Source of the DNA: Gammaproteobacteria bacterium
GTDB lineage: Bacteria; Pseudomonadota; Gammaproteobacteria; JABABF01
Direction: 5' to 3'
Length of the DNA stretch: 64,000 nt
Assembly: GCA_965237805.1 (NCBI GenBank)
Contig: OZ250153.1
Location: 1,248,001 to 1,312,000, forward strand
The position numbers and the translations under genes are program-made. A model generated the notes under the pieces. It did not search any database. It had not been told where the DNA came from and saw only the letters and a program-made list of their open reading frames with translations. How positions within the stretch are numbered: position 1 is the stretch's first letter; each line of letters starts with the position of its first letter. Shown here piece after piece: positions 62,111 through 64,000 of this stretch.

Positions 62111-63484
62111 TTATCGCTTAGCGGGGTGCCCGCGCGGGTGGGCACTGCGGCTGCTACGGAAGGAGGGATCGTGGTGTCGTCGCCCCCCACTGGGTGCGGC
62201 AGCTCGGTGGCGACGGCGACCGTAGTCACCGCCACCGCGCCGCTGAGGTGGCGGGGTGGGTGGCTGCTGTGCCGCCAGCTGACGCCACCACGCGCTGCGT
62301 TCGCCCAGTTCTGGCTCACCGTGGCGGGCGCGTAGTTCGAGTAGGCGAAGCGCGGCGCGGAACGATGGCCACCGCGCCAGAGCGCGTACCGCATGCGGCG
62401 CTGTCAACTCCCACTGCAGACGCAGTATTTCTTCGATGGGAACGGCGAAGCGGCGCGGCATGTGGGTGCGCTCATGCTGCCGTGCCATGGTGGTGGCCAC
62501 GGCTTGGGCAGCGGGAATCGCTCCACTGCGCCCTATCAGCCCTTGTTGGCGGTCGCGCGCCACTGGCCACAGCAGCGTAGCGTAGAGCAAGGAGGCGGAG
62601 ATATGCCCACCGTCCTGTGCACGTCGGTCGGTGTCGCGCAGCAGGGCCTCGATCAGCTGGTTGGCATGCTCAGCACTGGGGCTGGCATCGAGGCAGAGCT
62701 GGGTCTGTGGCAGTAGCGTATTGAGGAGATGATAGCGTCGCAACAGCGGCCAAGCGCGTGCTGCGTAGCCGCCACTCAGCACTTTGGGCAGTTCATCGAA
62801 GAGCCGTGCCGGGCTTGCCAGCGCCAGCTGGGTGTGGCCACGCCGCAATGCATCCTCCGAGCGGCGCTCAAGGTGAAAGCCGAGGCTGGCGGAGAAGCGC
62901 ACAGCGCGTAGCATGCGCACCGGATCCTCGCGGTAGCGCACCGCCGCCTCGCCGATGACACGCAGACGGCGCGCCCGCAAATCGGCTAGGCCGCCGACGC
63001 AGTCAAATAATGTGCCGCCGTCAGCTAGTGGATCGTAATAGAGGGCGTTGACGGTGAAGTCGCGGCGCAACGCGTCTTCTTCCAGCGAGCTGCCGTATTC
63101 GCAGTCGCGCAGTATTTCGCCGCTGGCTCCGAGCTGTAGCCGCCGGCCCGCTTGGCTGGGGGCGCGGCGGAAAGTGCTCAGCTCGCTGCGACCGTTGGCG
63201 GTGCGTGCATGGACAATGGGAAAGCGCCGACCGACGATGCGGGAGCGCGGCAATAGCCGTCGCAGTTGCTCTGGATGCGCATCGGTGCTGATATCGAAGT
63301 CCTTGGGTCTGCGCCCAAGCAATAGGTCGCGCACGCAGCCCCCGACTAGGTAGGCCTGGCAATTGGCTCGGTGCAGGCGGCGGATCAGCCCCATCGCCCC
63401 GGGACACAGTGCCGTTACAGGGAATCGGTGTGGATGGGCGGCGACAGCGGAGCCAGCCGCCACCTGCGGAGCAGTTGCAGTCAC
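62111..63484 (-). CDS. pcnB: Poly(A) polymerase I
   Basis: GGCVRDLL, KDFD, IVGRRFPIVH (PAP signature), RRDFTVNA and EDPVRMLR. Confidence 0.95.
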   Translation of the reverse strand: MTATAPQVAAGSAVAAHPHRFPVTALCPGAMGLIRRLHRANCQAYLVGGCVRDLLLGRRPKDFDISTDAHPEQLRRLLPRSRIVGRRFPIVHARTANGRSELSTFRRAPSQAGRRLQLGASGEILRDCEYGSSLEEDALRRDFTVNALYYDPLADGGTLFDCVGGLADLRARRLRVIGEAAVRYREDPVRMLRAVRFSASLGFHLERRSEDALRRGHTQLALASPARLFDELPKVLSGGYAARAWPLLRRYHLLNTLLPQTQLCLDASPSAEHANQLIEALLRDTDRRAQDGGHISASLLYATLLWPVARDRQQGLIGRSGAIPAAQAVATTMARQHERTHMPRRFAVPIEEILRLQWELTAPHAVRALARWPSFRAALRLLELRARHGEPELGERSAWWRQLAAQQPPTPPPQRRGGGDYGRRRHRAAAPSGGRRHHDPSFRSSRSAHPRGHPAKR

Positions 63485-63533
63485 CGCGCTGTCAGCTCCT
63501 TTTCATGGCACACCACATTGGCGTGTGTGGGTT

Positions 63534-64000
63534 TCAGTCGGGAAGTGGTGCCGCGATAGCATGCATCTTGGCCGTGGTGTCGATCACACCAGAGTCCACT
63601 GTATCACTTGTGACCGCAGGGCTGTCGAGCTGCGTGCGGGCTTGGCTCGTGTGCCGTGGAATACCAAAGCGGCGGCGGCGTTCCCACAGGCATTTTCGGC
63701 TGATCCCCAACCGGTGCGCCAACTTGGTTTCGTTCATCGTGCTTTGGTGTTCGAGTACGAAGCGTTGAAAGTATTCCTCCAGCGATAGTTCCTCCGACAC
63801 GCTATGGGCGGCCACGGAGGTCGGCAGCTGTTCCCGCCCGCTGTCTTGTGCTGGTCGAGTGGTGGCGACTGCTGTCATCTCAGTATTCGATAGCTCCAGC
63901 ATGCTGGCCTCAATGACATCGCTGTCGGCGCCATATAGAGCGACCGCCCGGCTCAGCGTGTTCTCCAATTCCAGTAGGTTCCCCGGCCAGCTGTGTGCCA
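63534..64000 (-). CDS. cbrB: C-terminal part of a CbrB-like sigma54-type activator (5' end outside window)
   Basis: WPGNLLELEN and SLEEYFQRFVLEHQ...ETKLAHRLGISRKCLWERRRRFGIPR (CbrB-type HTH); directly upstream of pcnB. Confidence 0.8.
   Translation of the reverse strand, partial: AHSWPGNLLELENTLSRAVALYGADSDVIEASMLELSNTEMTAVATTRPAQDSGREQLPTSVAAHSVSEELSLEEYFQRFVLEHQSTMNETKLAHRLGISRKCLWERRRRFGIPRHTSQARTQLDSPAVTSDTVDSGVIDTTAKMHAIAAPLPD

Overview
High-GC gammaproteobacterial chromosome segment with Pseudomonadales/Cellvibrionales-like gene order. It is mostly housekeeping: fadBA, lptGF-pepA-holC-valS, murU-amgK, lptD-surA-pdxA-rsmA-apaG-apaH, cca, folB-tsaD-rpsU-dnaG, ilvE, xseB-ispA-dxs, ribA, rimP-nusA-infB-rbfA-truB-rpsO-pnp, panDCB-dck-folK-pcnB and a partial cbrB. 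Accessory DNA is confined to small insertions. (1) A ~7.0-kb integrase-free islet sits in the 3' end of fadB, bounded by two diverged but protein-conserved copies of the last ~54 fadB codons. It carries one giant secreted SH3-CARDB-M23 repeat protein with its own sigma70 promoter. (2) A ~4.2-kb integrase-free islet lies at tRNA-Arg(CCT), with a degenerate att-like repeat. (3) An FRG-domain/10-TPR gene and a decayed TPR gene flank apaH. Smaller oddities are an apparently leaderless rpsU, a CbrB-like activator lacking its sensor-II Arg and with no room for crcZ, an IspA with a 10-aa loop deletion, and a 41-bp palindromic tandem repeat after pnp. No CRISPR, cas, integrase, transposase, RT or rRNA was seen. 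Product calls come from motif recognition and synteny only; no searches were run.
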